From Callorhinchus milii (lineage: Eukaryota): a DNA stretch of 64,000 nucleotides. Under the pieces are notes generated by a model. The model was not told the origin of the DNA and did no database searches. It worked only from the letters and a program-made list of their open reading frames with translations. The stretch spans positions 75,332,001 through 75,396,000 of the forward strand of contig NW_024704742.1 of NCBI RefSeq assembly GCF_018977255.1, written 5' to 3'. Below are positions 37,168 to 50,026 of the stretch, one piece after another (position 1 is the stretch's first letter; every line of letters starts with the position of its first letter). The position numbers and the translations under genes are program-made.

Positions 37168-38170
37168 GCAACAACAACAACAACTGTTTGCTTTTATAGA
37201 GAGTCTTACACATGGGTAATGTGTCAGAGTGCTTAACAGCGGTGTGGTGGGACGCCAAATTGAAAAATAGGGGAGGTGAGTGAAGACATGGTGGAAGAGG
37301 AAAGCCTGCAGGTGTGATTTGAAGATGGCAAAGAGGTGGCAAGATGGAAGGATTGAGGCAGGGAGTTCCAGAGAATCAGAACATTGCGACTGAAAGCATA
37401 GCCACCAGTGGAGGAGAGGGGATGAGGGACATGCAAAAGACTGGAGACAGCTGGGCAAATGCGGGGCAGAGGAGTAGGATGTGAATAGATCGGAGAGGTA
37501 GGGAGGTGCTATGGAGTAAAATGATTTGAAAGTGAGTGTGAGGATCTTGAAACTGATCCGTTTTGCAACAGGGATTAGTGGAGCCTGGCAAGAACTGGAG
37601 CATGTTCACACTGAAGAAGAGAAGGTTGAGGGCCGATATGATCACAGTCTTTAAGATTCTGAAGGGACTAGATAGTGTAAATCATGTTAAGCTGTTTTAT
37701 CTTGTTACTGAACAGTAGAATCAGAGGACATGGTCTGCGATTGAAGGGGGCAAATTCAGAACAAATCTGCGAAAACACTTCTTCAGTGAGAGAGCAGTAA
37801 ACTTATGGAACAGGCTCCCTAGTGGAAGCAGAAAGTATTGTTTGTTTCAAGAACCAATTAGATAGATTTCTGCTAGAAAATAATATCTTGTGATACAGTA
37901 TATAGTTTGGGAAATGACATGTCAAGTGACTGTCAGGATGGTGGAAGGTGAAATAGATGTACCTTGGTCTTCTTTTACCTAGAAAATTCTTATGTTCTCA
38001 TGATGGGGTTGCAGAGCCTGGTATGGATGAGGACATAGGGAGCAGAATTATGTACCATTTGGACCTTGTTAATAGTGGAGCTGGGAAGATTGGTACGGAG
38101 TGCTTTGGAAAAATTAAGGTGGGAAGGGGGGAAAACATGAAAAAGGATTTCAGTAGGTGGGGTCAAACAT
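37168..38170 (-). mobile_element. Old L2 3' fragment interrupted by a CR1
   Basis: (TTG)n tail and LWNSLP motif; sequence resumes after the CR1 insert. Confidence 0.7.
37605..37998 (+). mobile_element. CR1 3' end inserted in an L2
   Basis: RRLRADMI.VFKILKG, RGH and FFSERAV.LWN.LP motifs; tail ttcttatgttct; possible catg TSD. Confidence 0.7.
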
Positions 38171-38496
38171 AGTGTCAAGGTTAATTCTAGCTTTTTTAGC
38201 TAGAATGCGGAAGATTAATGCAGTCGGAGCCAGAGCCAAGAACAAGACAAGAATGGGAAGAACAAGAAGGGGGTAAGGTGTGTGTGTGTGTTTTGGGGGG
38301 GGTAGGGGTGTGGGAGTGGGGGCTTGAGCCTAATCGATGATGAGACAGTGAGAAAAGAGAAGGCTCTGTATATTTTATATACACACACATATTTTTCAAA
38401 GTGATGAAATTTTTTCAAACGCCCAGATTTTATGATTATTTTTATTTATTATTATTTCTTTTATTATTATTATTGTCTGTTATTAAAAATTATTAA

Positions 38497-38710
38497 TAAG
38501 CCTGATAATAATCCCCCCCAAAACCAATAATAAATTGGTCATTTTAATCCACGACTGTTTGTGAGACACTGCTGTGCACAATTGGCTGCCGCATTTCGCC
38601 CACAAATATACAGTCAATTCACTTTACAGTCTATTCTGTGAAGTGCTTTGAGATGTCTAGAAGACGTGAAAAGCGCTATATCAAATCCAAGGATTATTAT
38701 TATTATTATT
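38497..38710 (+). mobile_element. SINE 3' half
   Basis: Family body and (ATT)n tail. Confidence 0.8.
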
Positions 38711-40065
38711 TGGTTGATGGCTGGATGCAAGTGAACTAATTTTCAGACTAAGAATGATCCACCATAACGTGGCAACGGAGCAGGTTCTACACTACTATGG
38801 ACTATCCAGAAGCCAGCCACAGAAATATACAAACTTGTAGTTGAATATTTGTACAGAGAGTTCTGCATCTGTGCTGCTGGTGGCTCTAAGAGCAACATCT
38901 TCTCTGAGTCATAATACAACCACCAGCTGGAGACCACTACCGAGTAACATAGACATCTGTCTGGCATTGCACAGTAGCAGTTACAGAAGCATTTTATAAT
39001 CAACCTGGACAATTATTTTGAATTTGTAAGAAGTCAATGGAGACGAAGAGAAAGGCAGCTTTAAAATATATCTGGTTGTGATCGGGTAAAGAGGGTTATA
39101 TGTTATATCCACATAGTGACTGTACACACATCCTATTAGAAACTCAATGGCATATAGAAACAGGAAGGGTATCACAACCTAAATGTCAACCCTCAGCATT
39201 GTGTTATGCTTGACAATGTAAAATACCCTGGAAGATGTCATGACACCTTCTTTCTCAGAGTATCATCTTGGCTAGAAATGTTTGAACCTCCAGCTGCTTT
39301 AGGCAGATGGCTTCTTGCAGAAGAGAAAGTAGAAAGTTCACACATAGAGAGTTCACACAAAAAAGCCATGAAGTGAATGATCAATTTTATCTGTTGGATG
39401 GTTGGCAACGAAATCAGGAGAAACTCCCTGCTCGTTTTGAACTTCAGTTTAACGTCTCATCTAAAAGCAGACAGGCTCCAAGTGGGTAATGAAAACGTCC
39501 TACTAATCAGTGAGAACAATTTGGGGTATTTTGAAACAACAATTATTACCCAGATCATTCTGAAGAATCATGATAATAATAATAATTCTTGTATTTGATA
39601 TAGCACCTTTTCTCAAAATGCTTCGCAGGATTTATCGTAAAGTGTAGTGATTGAGTATTTGTAGATAAGTGCAGCAGCCCATTTTTACCCAGCAATGTCT
39701 CACAAACAGTATCAAGGAAGTGATTAATTCTATCGGGGGATTTTGGTTAGGACACCAGAAATAACTCACCAGGAATAATTCCCTTCTCTTTCCAAATAGT
39801 AATATAGGATATTTAATATTCACCTAAAAATGCAGAACAGACCTCACTTTAACATCTTGTCCAAAGGTTAGCACCTCTAACAATGGACACCTTTGGATTC
39901 AGAAGCAAGAGTGCTATTAACTGAGCCAGGCTGACACCTAGTATTCTTCAAGAAGAATCAGAAAAATCTGAATCAAGAGCTCCATTCATCACAGTATATA
40001 TTAATACAATTGACAGCAACGTGACCGCAAGTGGATATTGGTGATTGTAACTTTCATAGCCTTCA

Positions 40066-40355
40066 ATAATAATAATAATCCTTGCATTTGATATAGCGTT
40101 TTTCACGTCTTCTAGACATCTCAAAGCGCTTCACAGAATAGACTGTAAAGTGAATTGACTGTGTGTTTGTTGGCAAAATGCAGCAGCCAATTGTGCACAG
40201 CAGTGTCCTACAAACAGTCGTGGATTGAGTGATCAATTTATTATTATCAGGCGTGTGGAGTAAGGAAATTTGCCCAAGGTTTTGTCCTGCTGGGAATTGA
40301 ACTCAGGTCTCTCGCTTGCAAGGCTAGTGCTCTAGCCGCTGAGCTACAGGACTCC
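40066..40355 (-). mobile_element. tRNA-derived SINE, short form
   Basis: Full head to tail. Confidence 0.88.
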
Positions 40356-40735
40356 ACAGTGGATATATAGCATGAATTTTGTTGTTATTATTGTGTACTT
40401 AAATTCTAAATATATGCCATTATGCAATATGGATCAGCCATAAGACATATGTACTGTGTTTGGTAATTCATGAACTGTTGATCAGATACTAGCTCACAGT
40501 GTTATCAAGAACCCATCATTGTATTGTGAAGTGTCCATACACTGTGTGATTGAATGCCTATACAATGTGTATCCTTGTGCCACTGGAGGATAATGAATTT
40601 CTATGGAAGCAGATAGTGAGACTGTGGACTGTCCCTTCATCTACATATCATTTTTGCTCAGTTGGTAGCATTCTTTCCTCTGAGTCAGAAGCTTGTGAGT
40701 TCAAACCCCGTGTCTCGGCTTGGAACTCATCTAAC

Positions 40736-41055
40736 TAGGGCTACAGAATTGGCATGAAATTTGTTGTCAAAAATCAGGGAGCAGTCATGGTAAATTTAGT
40801 GAATGGCACTGGATAATGGGAAAATGCTATAAGAAGTCACGGGTATGGAAATTTAACTATACCTCTTCATATATTGGAACATTTTCAATGTCTAAACCAT
40901 GAACCTGGGAATTGGCCAGGCTATATGTGCTTATCTGCCAGAATGGCTTGAATTTCTCGCGTTGACCTTGAGAAAGGCGAGTGCATGCAGCGATTAATCC
41001 AGAAAATGTATGGTATCGGTGGTATTCATTCTGCCAACACAAATTCACAGCCCTA
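40736..41055. mobile_element. hAT-like MITE inserted in an old SINE
   Basis: TIRs tagggctacagaatt / aattcacagcccta; degenerate 8-bp TSD catctaac/catttaat; the host SINE reads continuously once the insert is removed. Confidence 0.65.
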
Positions 41056-41463
41056 CATTTAATCTAAGCTGGCACTCCATTTCAGTGCTGGGGGCATGCA
41101 GCATAATCAGAGGTGCCATCTTTGGATGAGACATTCTGTTTTTTCTCCCTGCCTGCTCAGGTGGACGTTAATGATCCCAAGGAACTACTTGAAAAGGGAA
41201 GGGAGTTTCGCTTAGTGTCCTGACTAACAATCCCCCAATAACATTGGTCATTGATTTCATGGCTGTTTGTGAGACATTGCTTGGACACATTGGCTGGCTC
41301 ATTCGCCCATGAAGTATACAGTCGCTGACAGTTACAGTGTATCCTGTGAAGCACTTTGGGACATCCTATTGAAAGGTGCTATATCAAATGTGTGCCACAG
41401 GGAGGTGACACAGGGAGGAGAGCAGATACTCTCTGCTCTGGGATATCAGAAATAGCAGAACTA

Positions 41464-41642
41464 CAACAACAACAACAACAACAAGATTCCATTTATAAAG
41501 CGCCTTTCACGTCAGGAGGACGTCCCAAGGCGCTGCACAGTTGGGTCATGACCCGAGCAGGGGGGAAATGGTCAGGGTGAGGGGAGGGGAGGGAGCGAGG
41601 AGGGGGGAAATGGTCAGGGTGAGGGGAGGGAAGGGAGGGAGC
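41464..41642 (-). mobile_element. Young L2 3' tail
   Basis: Near-identical to the 3' end of 2782-4028. Confidence 0.9.
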
Positions 41643-41739
41643 ATCTAAGGAACAATTGTTGATGCCGAAACTAAACCTCCACTCTGAGGACAACACTTGT
41701 TCACGTACATATCAAACTTGTCCTTCATTTCCAAAGACC

Positions 41740-42700
41740 AGCTACGCTCACACCTCTCCCTCCATTCCCTACTCTAGCTCCAGTCCAGTTTCTGCCCTGC
41801 CCACAGCACCGAGACACCCATCAAAGTAATAAATGATGTCTCTCTGCGACCAGGGATCCTTCTGCCTCCTTGTCTTCCTGGATCTTCTTTGCCTTATTTA
41901 CATACTCTATCTCGGTGATGTTATCTGCAGACACAGGATCAATTTCCACATGTATGAGGATGACACCCAAATCTACTTTCTGCAGCTAATTATTGACAAG
42001 GTAGAAGCCATACTCCTTGGCTCTGTCAAAGTCTTCCCATCTGCAGCTCTGACCTCCTTAACCTGCTTGGCCTATCCCTCAGACTTTCTAAACTTGTGTG
42101 TAACCTAAGCGTTGGGTTTGATCCCCAGCTGTCCTTTTTTCACACATCCGACCACCTGACCAGGAGCGCTTTTCTCCACCTCCGACACATCGCCTGCCTC
42201 CAACCATACTTCACACCCAATGGAGATGAAACCCATATCGACCCATTCATCACGTCTCACTTCGATTTTTCCAATGCCCTCCCCAGCTCCACCATTCATA
42301 AAATCCGATTCATTCAAAACTCTTCTCCCCTGATCCTCATCCATACTAAACTCTGCACGCTCATCATCTCAGTCCTTGCCAGGCTCCACTTGTTCCCTAT
42401 TGCAGAACAGATCAATTTCAAGATCCTCACATACAGGTACAATCACTTCAGACCCTGCCCCCATCCACCACCATATTTCTCCCAGCTGCTTACACCTCAC
42501 TCCTCTACCCGGTACCTTTGGTCAGCTGGCTCCAGCCTTCTACACATCCCCCATCCCCGCTGCTCCATTATCAGCAACCATGCTTTCAGCCACTACTTCC
42601 CAAATCTATGGAACTCTCTGACTCAATCTGCTTCCTTGTCCGCTCCTTGCCCATCTTCAGATCGCACCTAAAGCCTTTGCTCTTTGAAGTGCCTGTGATC
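41740..42700 (+). mobile_element. Old L2 fragment
   Basis: DQGSFCLLVFLDL, FHMYEDDTQ, FDPQLSF and LWNSL motifs. Confidence 0.8.
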
Positions 42701-43929
42701 ACCTCCCCCTTCTCCTTGGTTCAAGCTCCACCATTGTTAAGTTCTCCAATACAACACAGGAAGCTCATATACTTCAATTTCCTTCTGAATTAATCATTAC
42801 CTGTGATGGCTTAAAATAAGGAGTTAGGAGAAATAATGTTTACCATATGATAAATATGATACCTATAACTTCTTCTATGGCTGATTCTATCTATCCTACA
42901 TTATTCATTATGTAATAGTAATGATTCTTGTATTTGGTATAGTGGCTTTCACTTCGGGAGGATGCCTCAAAGTCCTTCACATTACATAGAGTAGAGTGAC
43001 TGTGTTTTATGGATGAAAGGAGCTGTCAATTTGTGCACAGCAATGCCCCACAAACTACCATGAAATGAATAAACAATTTTATTTGATGAGATTGTTAGCC
43101 AGGACATCGGAAGGACGTCCTTCATCTGCAGTATGGCACCTCAAACAATGCAGCATAACCCCAGCATTGCTTTGGAGTGTCAGCTTGGACAGTATAAGGG
43201 ACTAGTATGATGGCAGGAGAAACTCCCTTCTGTTTTCAAGAACATTGGGATTTTTAATGTTCACCTGAACAGGCAGACAAGACCATGGTTTAATGTCTCC
43301 TCCGAGGGATAACACCTCTGATAATGCAATGTTACCTCAGCCCTGCACTGGAGTGCCTGTCTAGGCTAAGGCAAAGTCCTGATGTGAAGTTTAAAGCTAC
43401 AACCTTCTGACACAGAGGCGAAAGTGTTATCAACTAAGCCAGAAACATCACTTCAATGTTTTTATTTGTCCTCAGTAGGTTGGTGAAGCAGAATTGCTTC
43501 CAGCTATTTTAGAACTTCTAACTTAGACATTGGTTTGGCAAATCAGGCAGAAATTCCTATTTATGTACTTGCTCTTTTTTCTACACATATTCAACCTTTT
43601 CTAAACTAAATCACACTTGCCAATATGAGTTAATCCACATCCTTTTCTGAGTGAAATGGAAGCCTCATTCCCCTCTAATTGTTCCTTTTTCTTTTTATTA
43701 TGGTTTGTTTTCTGAATTGGGAATTCTAAAATCACAATTATTCCATTCAAGTGTTGCTGTTGCTTATCAATTTCATTGATTTAAGTGCAAAGCACAAAAC
43801 GCAAAAGTATCTGCAAAAATACTAAGTTAATTTGATGATGTATCGTGCGTGTGACAGATCAATGTAAATTAACGTACAATTACAACAATGACTTGCATTT
43901 ACACAGTGTAGCTTCAAAGGGTGTATCAT

Positions 43930-44670
43930 CAGAGCTTAACAATGGTGGAGCCTGACACATAGCCAGGTGGAGGAAACTCGTGACCGTAAGCACGGTCAAA
44001 AAGGAAGGTCTTCAGGCGTGATCTGAAAATAAAGAAGGAGTGGACAAGTCGGAGGGATTGAGGGAGTGTTCCAAAGTTTGGGGGTATAGTGGCTGAAAGC
44101 ATGGCCACCAATGGTGGAGCAGAGGGAATGAGGGACAAGCAGGAGGCCGGAGCCAGCAGGTGGTGGAATGGGGAGCAAACAGGTCGAAGAGGTAGGCAGG
44201 TGCCAGAGTGTAAGGATTTTGAAGTTGATCTGTTCTGTGATAGGAAGCCAGTGCAGCCTGGCGAGGATTGGTGTGAGGGGGATATGGAGTTTAGAGCAAG
44301 TGAGTTTGTGGGCAGCTGAGTTCTGAATTAGTTGGATTTTGTGGCTAGTGGAGCTGGGGAGCCAGCGAGGAGGGCATTGGAGGAGGCGGGCTGGGATGTA
44401 ACAAAGGTGTGGACAAGGGTTTTGATGATAGGGGTGAAGTACTGTTAGAGGCGGGCAATGTGACAGATGTGGAAGGAAGTGGCCTGGTTAGGGACCAGAT
44501 GTGGGGAAGGAAGACCAGTTGGGAATTGAACCTGACATCCAGGTTATTACAGATTCGGTAAGTCTTAAGGATAGACCGGAGAGGTTGAGGAGATTGGAGC
44601 CACAGGAGAGAAGACATTGACGGGAGCCAAGGAGTATGGCTTCCATCTTGTCGACATTCAGCTGCAGGAT
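43930..44670 (-). mobile_element. Old L2 fragment
   Basis: LQLNVDKMEAILLGSRQ, IGGHAFSH and LKTFLFDRA motifs. Confidence 0.8.
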
Positions 44671-44785
44671 TACACTATATTTAACATCAACAGCAACAAT
44701 TTGCATTTATTTGGTGCCCTTCATGGGGGGTAGTGTGTTGGAGTACTGAACCATGGTCTTTATTCAAAAGAGCATAAGAGTTTTG

Positions 44786-45340
44786 CTACTACTACTACTC
44801 TACTGCGTGACTGGCGTTGAGTTGCCACAACCTCCACAACAACCGATCACACACAGTGTCCCAGGTATCATGAGGCTCGAGGCGGTACAGTCAAGTCTCA
44901 AACCACCGTCATTTAAACAGCAAGTCCAAGAGCCCAGTGCGCTGGCGACCGTTGCTGATGTGCTCGAACAGTTAGTGAAGCCTCCACACTATTTCACCGC
45001 ACACATTAGATAAGCCGCCTGAGTCGACACTGCGTCATTTGTAATATTGTTAAACCAGTGTATCCTGGGAATCCAGTGCTGGCCCTCCATGTGGAACTCT
45101 TCACACAAGTCCGAGTCTCTCTTCAGCAGCGTCCACAAAGAGATGAAAGGTTCATTTTCTATTGCAAAGAGAGCCATTCCGCATGTGATCATTGAGGTCA
45201 TTGAAACTTCCACCAATGGAATAAATTTGGATCCTTCGATATTGTGGAGAGCCGGTAACATGCTCGAGGCTATGTTTTGAATCCGAGTGCCTTGCAGTGG
45301 CAGCGTCAAGACACACACATGAATAATGCGGATGTATCTG
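44786..45340 (-). mobile_element. Probable RTE-clade LINE 3' fragment
   Basis: ORF 44989-45318 resembles an RTE ORF C-terminus (TL...RIQ...ML..L.NI....F.P..EV; MEG...PRIHWFNNI..D) and ends in an (AGT)n tail. Pattern recognition only. Confidence 0.5.
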
Positions 45341-48021
45341 GCCTTACCCTCTGGAACTCTATACCAGAGGGAAGCGTGCCTCTTCCTTCACTTCCTTCAT
45401 GAACCACCTCAAGACCTTCCTCTTTGACCAAGCTTTCGGCCATCTTTTCCCCCCACCCCTTCACCCCTCCCCTCAGTCTTCCACCCCCAGTTCAGGTGCA
45501 AACACTGGGCTGTTCGGTGCCTTGAGATGTCCTCCCGATATGAAAGGTGCTATGTAAATGTAATTTGTATTGTATTGTAATGCTCATGTGAGTGAGGTAC
45601 ACTTTGTGTGAAGTTTAGGATCACACAGTGAAGTATACGAGGGCAAACCACATGGAAGGAAAATTATAAAAATAATCCTTGGATTTAATGTAGCATCTTA
45701 TCATGTCACTGAGAAGTCTGAAAGCACTTCACAGGATAGGCTGTAATGTTTATTTTGTGGGCAAATGTACTTTGTGGGAAAATGTGGCAGTCAGATTGTA
45801 CACAGCAATGTCCCACAAACAGCCAGTGTAATAAATTACCAATTTTATCTGGGGGATTGTTGGCCTGGGCAATGGGAGAAACTCCCTTCTCTTTTTGAAT
45901 AGTGCCATGGGATCTTTAACATGTACCTGAATTGTTTTAACATTTCATCCAAAGGACGGCACTTCCAACAATGATATTGAATACATTCAGAAGTGGAGAG
46001 GAAAAGAGAACAAAATGCAGGAAATTGAAAAGGAAATAAAGTGTTTTCAAGAGGTTCAAGGGCATTGTTTATTAACTATTATATCCTAATATTATTTGTT
46101 ACAATACTTAACTTGACCTTGTTACATGACAGGCACTTTTTCATTCATAAATCAATAATGCTTACATAGTACTTCAAAAGATAATGCATCAAATCATAAC
46201 CCGCTAAGTATCCTTATGATGCTGCCAAAGCTGTATTTCAAAACAACTAAAAAGAAATAAAATCTATACATATGGATTTTAACAATCTTGCTCATTTTCT
46301 AATGTTCAGTTAATGGAATTGCAATGAACAATTGTGACATTGACAACTGCTGAGAGAAGACTGCCAACTGTCATGGATTTAGAGCAAAAGCTTCCAACTC
46401 AGCCAAAACTAAAAATAAATCAATTTTGGGGGGGGAAACTGGCTAGTTTTTTTTAGAGGATTCTTTTAAAACATAAATGGAAATTGGTCAGAAAATGGCA
46501 TTTAAATCAAAGATTTAATATCCTGTCCAGCTCATATCATATCACGCTATTTTGAATCCTTAGAGATTTGTTCAAGCAGATTGTTATTGATATTTTTCTG
46601 TGCTTTGAACCTTTTTAAGAGTATAATTTTCCTGATTTAATCTTTTAACGCTGTGTGAGAGTATGTTTAACGGGGCAAATCTAATTCATCCACTTTGGAA
46701 GTGAGTACAGTAAAAAAAAGTTCCCCAAGGAAGACTCCTGTCTGTGTGAACTCAGAAGAGCTGTTCTCCACAATAAAATTTACATGTATATTGGCAACCC
46801 AAAGCGATTAACACTGCTGGTTGGGCACCAGATCAGGGGTGGGAGCTTTGTGGATGGGAAGGAGAAAGAAGACCAAAAATGCAAACAAAAAGGTAAGTTT
46901 TGATGCGTACCACTTATAGGAAGGAATACATTAGCTGAATTTCAGGTAGGGTGAAACATGTTAAGATAAATGGAAAGGTTTTCTGCAGTCACAAGGTACA
47001 GCTTTGGGGCGATAGTTAGGAGCCGGTCCTAACCATATAGAATTACATAGACTGTACAGTTTCAAAACCGGCCATTTAACCTAACTAGTCTCTGCTAGTG
47101 TTTATACTCCAAATGAGCCTACACCTCTTGTAATTCCCTTCCCTATCCCTTGCCCTAAAACCCTCTATTCCCTTCTCCTTCAGCTCTGCCTAATTATTTC
47201 AGACTCAATAATTATCTATTAGACACCAGCAGGAGGTTGTCCGAAAGGAAGCAGGAAGGTAAGTGTGGAGATGTGAAGATAGATAAATATACTGGAATTT
47301 TACAGATGCAAATTAAACAGTTCTATAACTGGGATTTAGCTCCTGGATGGAGTGGGCAGGGGCAAAGAACTGCAGTGGAATGCAAAGATACAATGCAGAA
47401 AAGCCATGGAGATATTTGTAGGTAAAGACAAGCATCTTAAAATCAAAGTCACTGGGGGATAGTGAGCCAGTGGAGCCTGGTAAGAATAGGGGTAATGAGC
47501 TCATGGAACTTGGATGTGGGAACGAATCCTGGAAATAAAACAGAATGTGCAGAAAATGTACATCATGTCAACCTTTTGCCTTATGTTATAATCTTATATC
47601 TGATGTTGTAACAATACATTTGTTGTAATTTTACCAATCAAATCAGGTAATTGATTTGGGCACCTGATAATGCATAATGTAATGTCTTTTGCCTAGGTTT
47701 GTTTACTTGGAGCAGTAACTTGAGCAACCTTATACAATATTGGATGTAATCATGCAAATTAAAATTTTATAACTGGGATTTAGCTCCTCGCCCTTTCAAT
47801 GCTTTGTTTTTTTATGCTTAAATTATGATAAAAAATAACAGAAATATCAAATTTCACTTATGTAGCACCTTTTAGGTATTGAACATCTCAAAGTTTTTTA
47901 TAGTGGGAGCTGACTAAGGCGCAGTCAAACAGATATGTTTACGTAGGAGACAAAGGAAAGCAAGAACAGATTCAGCCCTCAAGCCTGTTCTGCTAGTTTA
48001 TTAGATCTTGGCAGGTCTTTG

Positions 48022-48347
48022 AATAATAATAATAATAATAATAATCCTTGCATTTGATATAGCGCTTTTCACGTCGGGAGGACGTCCCAAAGCGCTTCAC
48101 AGAACACACTGTAAAGTGAATTGACTGTATATTTGTGGGCGAACGCGGCAGCCAATTGCGCACAGCAATGTCCCACAAACAGTCGTGGATTGAAAATGAC
48201 CAATTTATTATTGTTTTTTTGGTTTTGGAGGGATTATTATTAGGCGTGTGGAGTAAGGAAACTTGCCCAAGGTTTCGCCCTGCCTGGAATTGAACTCAGG
48301 TCTCTCGCTTGCAAAGCGAGTGCTCAACCACTGAGCTACAGGACTCC
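48022..48347 (-). mobile_element. Young tRNA-Ala SINE
   Basis: Full-length, CpGs intact, long (AAT)n tail. Confidence 0.93.
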
Positions 48348-48844
48348 TGTTGGTATTGAATACCAATACCCTGCCCTTTCACCATAGTCCTAAGACTACC
48401 TAACTATCTGGCTCTTTATTTTAAACATCCCTATTGATTTTGCACCTACAGCTTTCTGAGGCAGAAAATTTCACATCTTCATATTCCTTTGTGTGAAGAA
48501 TTGTTTCCTGAACTCAGCTCTAACTGTATTACTTCTGCTTTTAAGACAATGCCCTATCGTAATATATTTTTTATCAGAGGGAAGAGGCATCCACTCTCTA
48601 ACCTGTCGATTCCTTTCATTATTTTGAATACTTCAATCAGATGAGTCTCGAAAACAGAGAGAGAGAGAACAAGGTTGAAGGCTATCAGGAGAGAATTGGG
48701 ACAAACTAAAATGTACTGTAAAATGAATTGACTATGTATTTGTGGGCAAAGACCAGCTCAGTGTCAAACTACACCGCTGTTTAGCGCTCTGAAATGCTAC
48801 CCATGAAAGGAGCTAAATAAATACAAGTTGTTGTTGTTGTTATA

Positions 48845-49105
48845 CGTGTGGCTCTGTGTCTCTGTCTTTATGTTCACGTGTGTGTTTGTTGTGTGCGTCT
48901 TTCACTCTCTCTCTCTTTCTCTCTCTCACACAGCTCTGTGTAACTGTGTGTGTGCTTGTGGAGTGGGTCCTCTCTCCCCAGAAAGACATTGGGCAGAGAG
49001 GGTATGTGTGTCTCTTTCTGACTCTGTGTCCCATGTATGTGCATGTCTTGCTCTCTCTCTGCCTCTTTATCTCTGTGTATGTATGTGTGTGTTTCTCTCT
49101 CTTTT
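48845..49105. repeat. Degenerate (TG)/(TC) low-complexity tract
   Basis: Directly visible; explains the overlapping spurious ORFs at 48828-49212. Confidence 0.8.
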
Positions 49106-49497
49106 GCTCTGATCTGCGTGTTTGTCCCTCTAACCTTGTAGTTATTTGTATTCAATTTCCATCATGCACTGTTGACATCATGGCATTCTACTGTATTAGG
49201 TTATTTTCATGAAGTAAATATTCTGTTTTGATTCTAATGTTCGATTCAATTAGTTTTCCAATTACTTTATTGTGCTCTGGAGATGCCAGGTATGGGTCTG
49301 TCAGTTTTCTTGAATACAGGAAATCACATTCCTTTGCTTCGAGTCCGTCAGAACTTCCTCAGTGGTGATTCACTCGCACAAAATGTCTGTCATTGTTTTG
49401 CAAATCTCTTGCCTTGTTTCGCTGATACCTTGGGATACAGTTCTTCTCTGTTCAGGCCTTGCTTATTTGCAGCTCCTGAAGTTTACCTGTCTCACTC

Positions 49498-49758
49498 ATA
49501 ATAATAATAATAATCCTTGCATTTGATATAGCGCTTTTCACGTCGGGAGGACGTCCCAAAGCGCTTCACAGAACACACTTCAAAGTGAATTGACTGTATA
49601 TTTGTGGGCGAACGCGGCAGCCAATTGCGCACGGCAATGTCCCACAAACAGTCATAGATTGAAAATGACCCAATTTATTATTGTTTTTTGTTTTGGAGGG
49701 ATTATTATTAGGCTCTGTGTGGAGTAAGGAAACTTGCCCAAGGTTTCGCCCTCTGCCT
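49498..49758 (-). mobile_element. Young SINE, head truncated
   Basis: Near-identical to 16930-17240. Confidence 0.9.
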
Positions 49759-49925
49759 CATCTCAATGTCCCAGGTTTCACAATGATGTGTGTTGGTTGT
49801 CAATTTGCAGGAAAGCATTCTGTGTGCCCCAACGATAATGTCATATTCACAAAGCATTTGTTGCCTTCATTCCAAATTCTGTTTTTTATAACAATCCCCT
49901 AAATAACCAAACAATCACCCAAACT

Positions 49926-50026
49926 AATAACGAAGGGTCGTAGACGTGAAACATTGACTCACTTTCCTTTCTCCGTAGATGCTGCTTGACCTGCTGAGTG
50001 TTCCCGCCAACTTCTGTTTTTGTTTT
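49926..50026 (+). mobile_element. Second copy of the Penelope-like repeat
   Basis: acgaagggtcgtagacgtgaaacattgactcactttcc...gacctgctgagtgttcc aligns to the reverse complement of 1361-1455. Confidence 0.5.

Noticed and set aside
38745..39025. AG...GT-bounded segment as a coding exon
   Set aside because: The frames I checked contain stops and no protein similarity was recognised.
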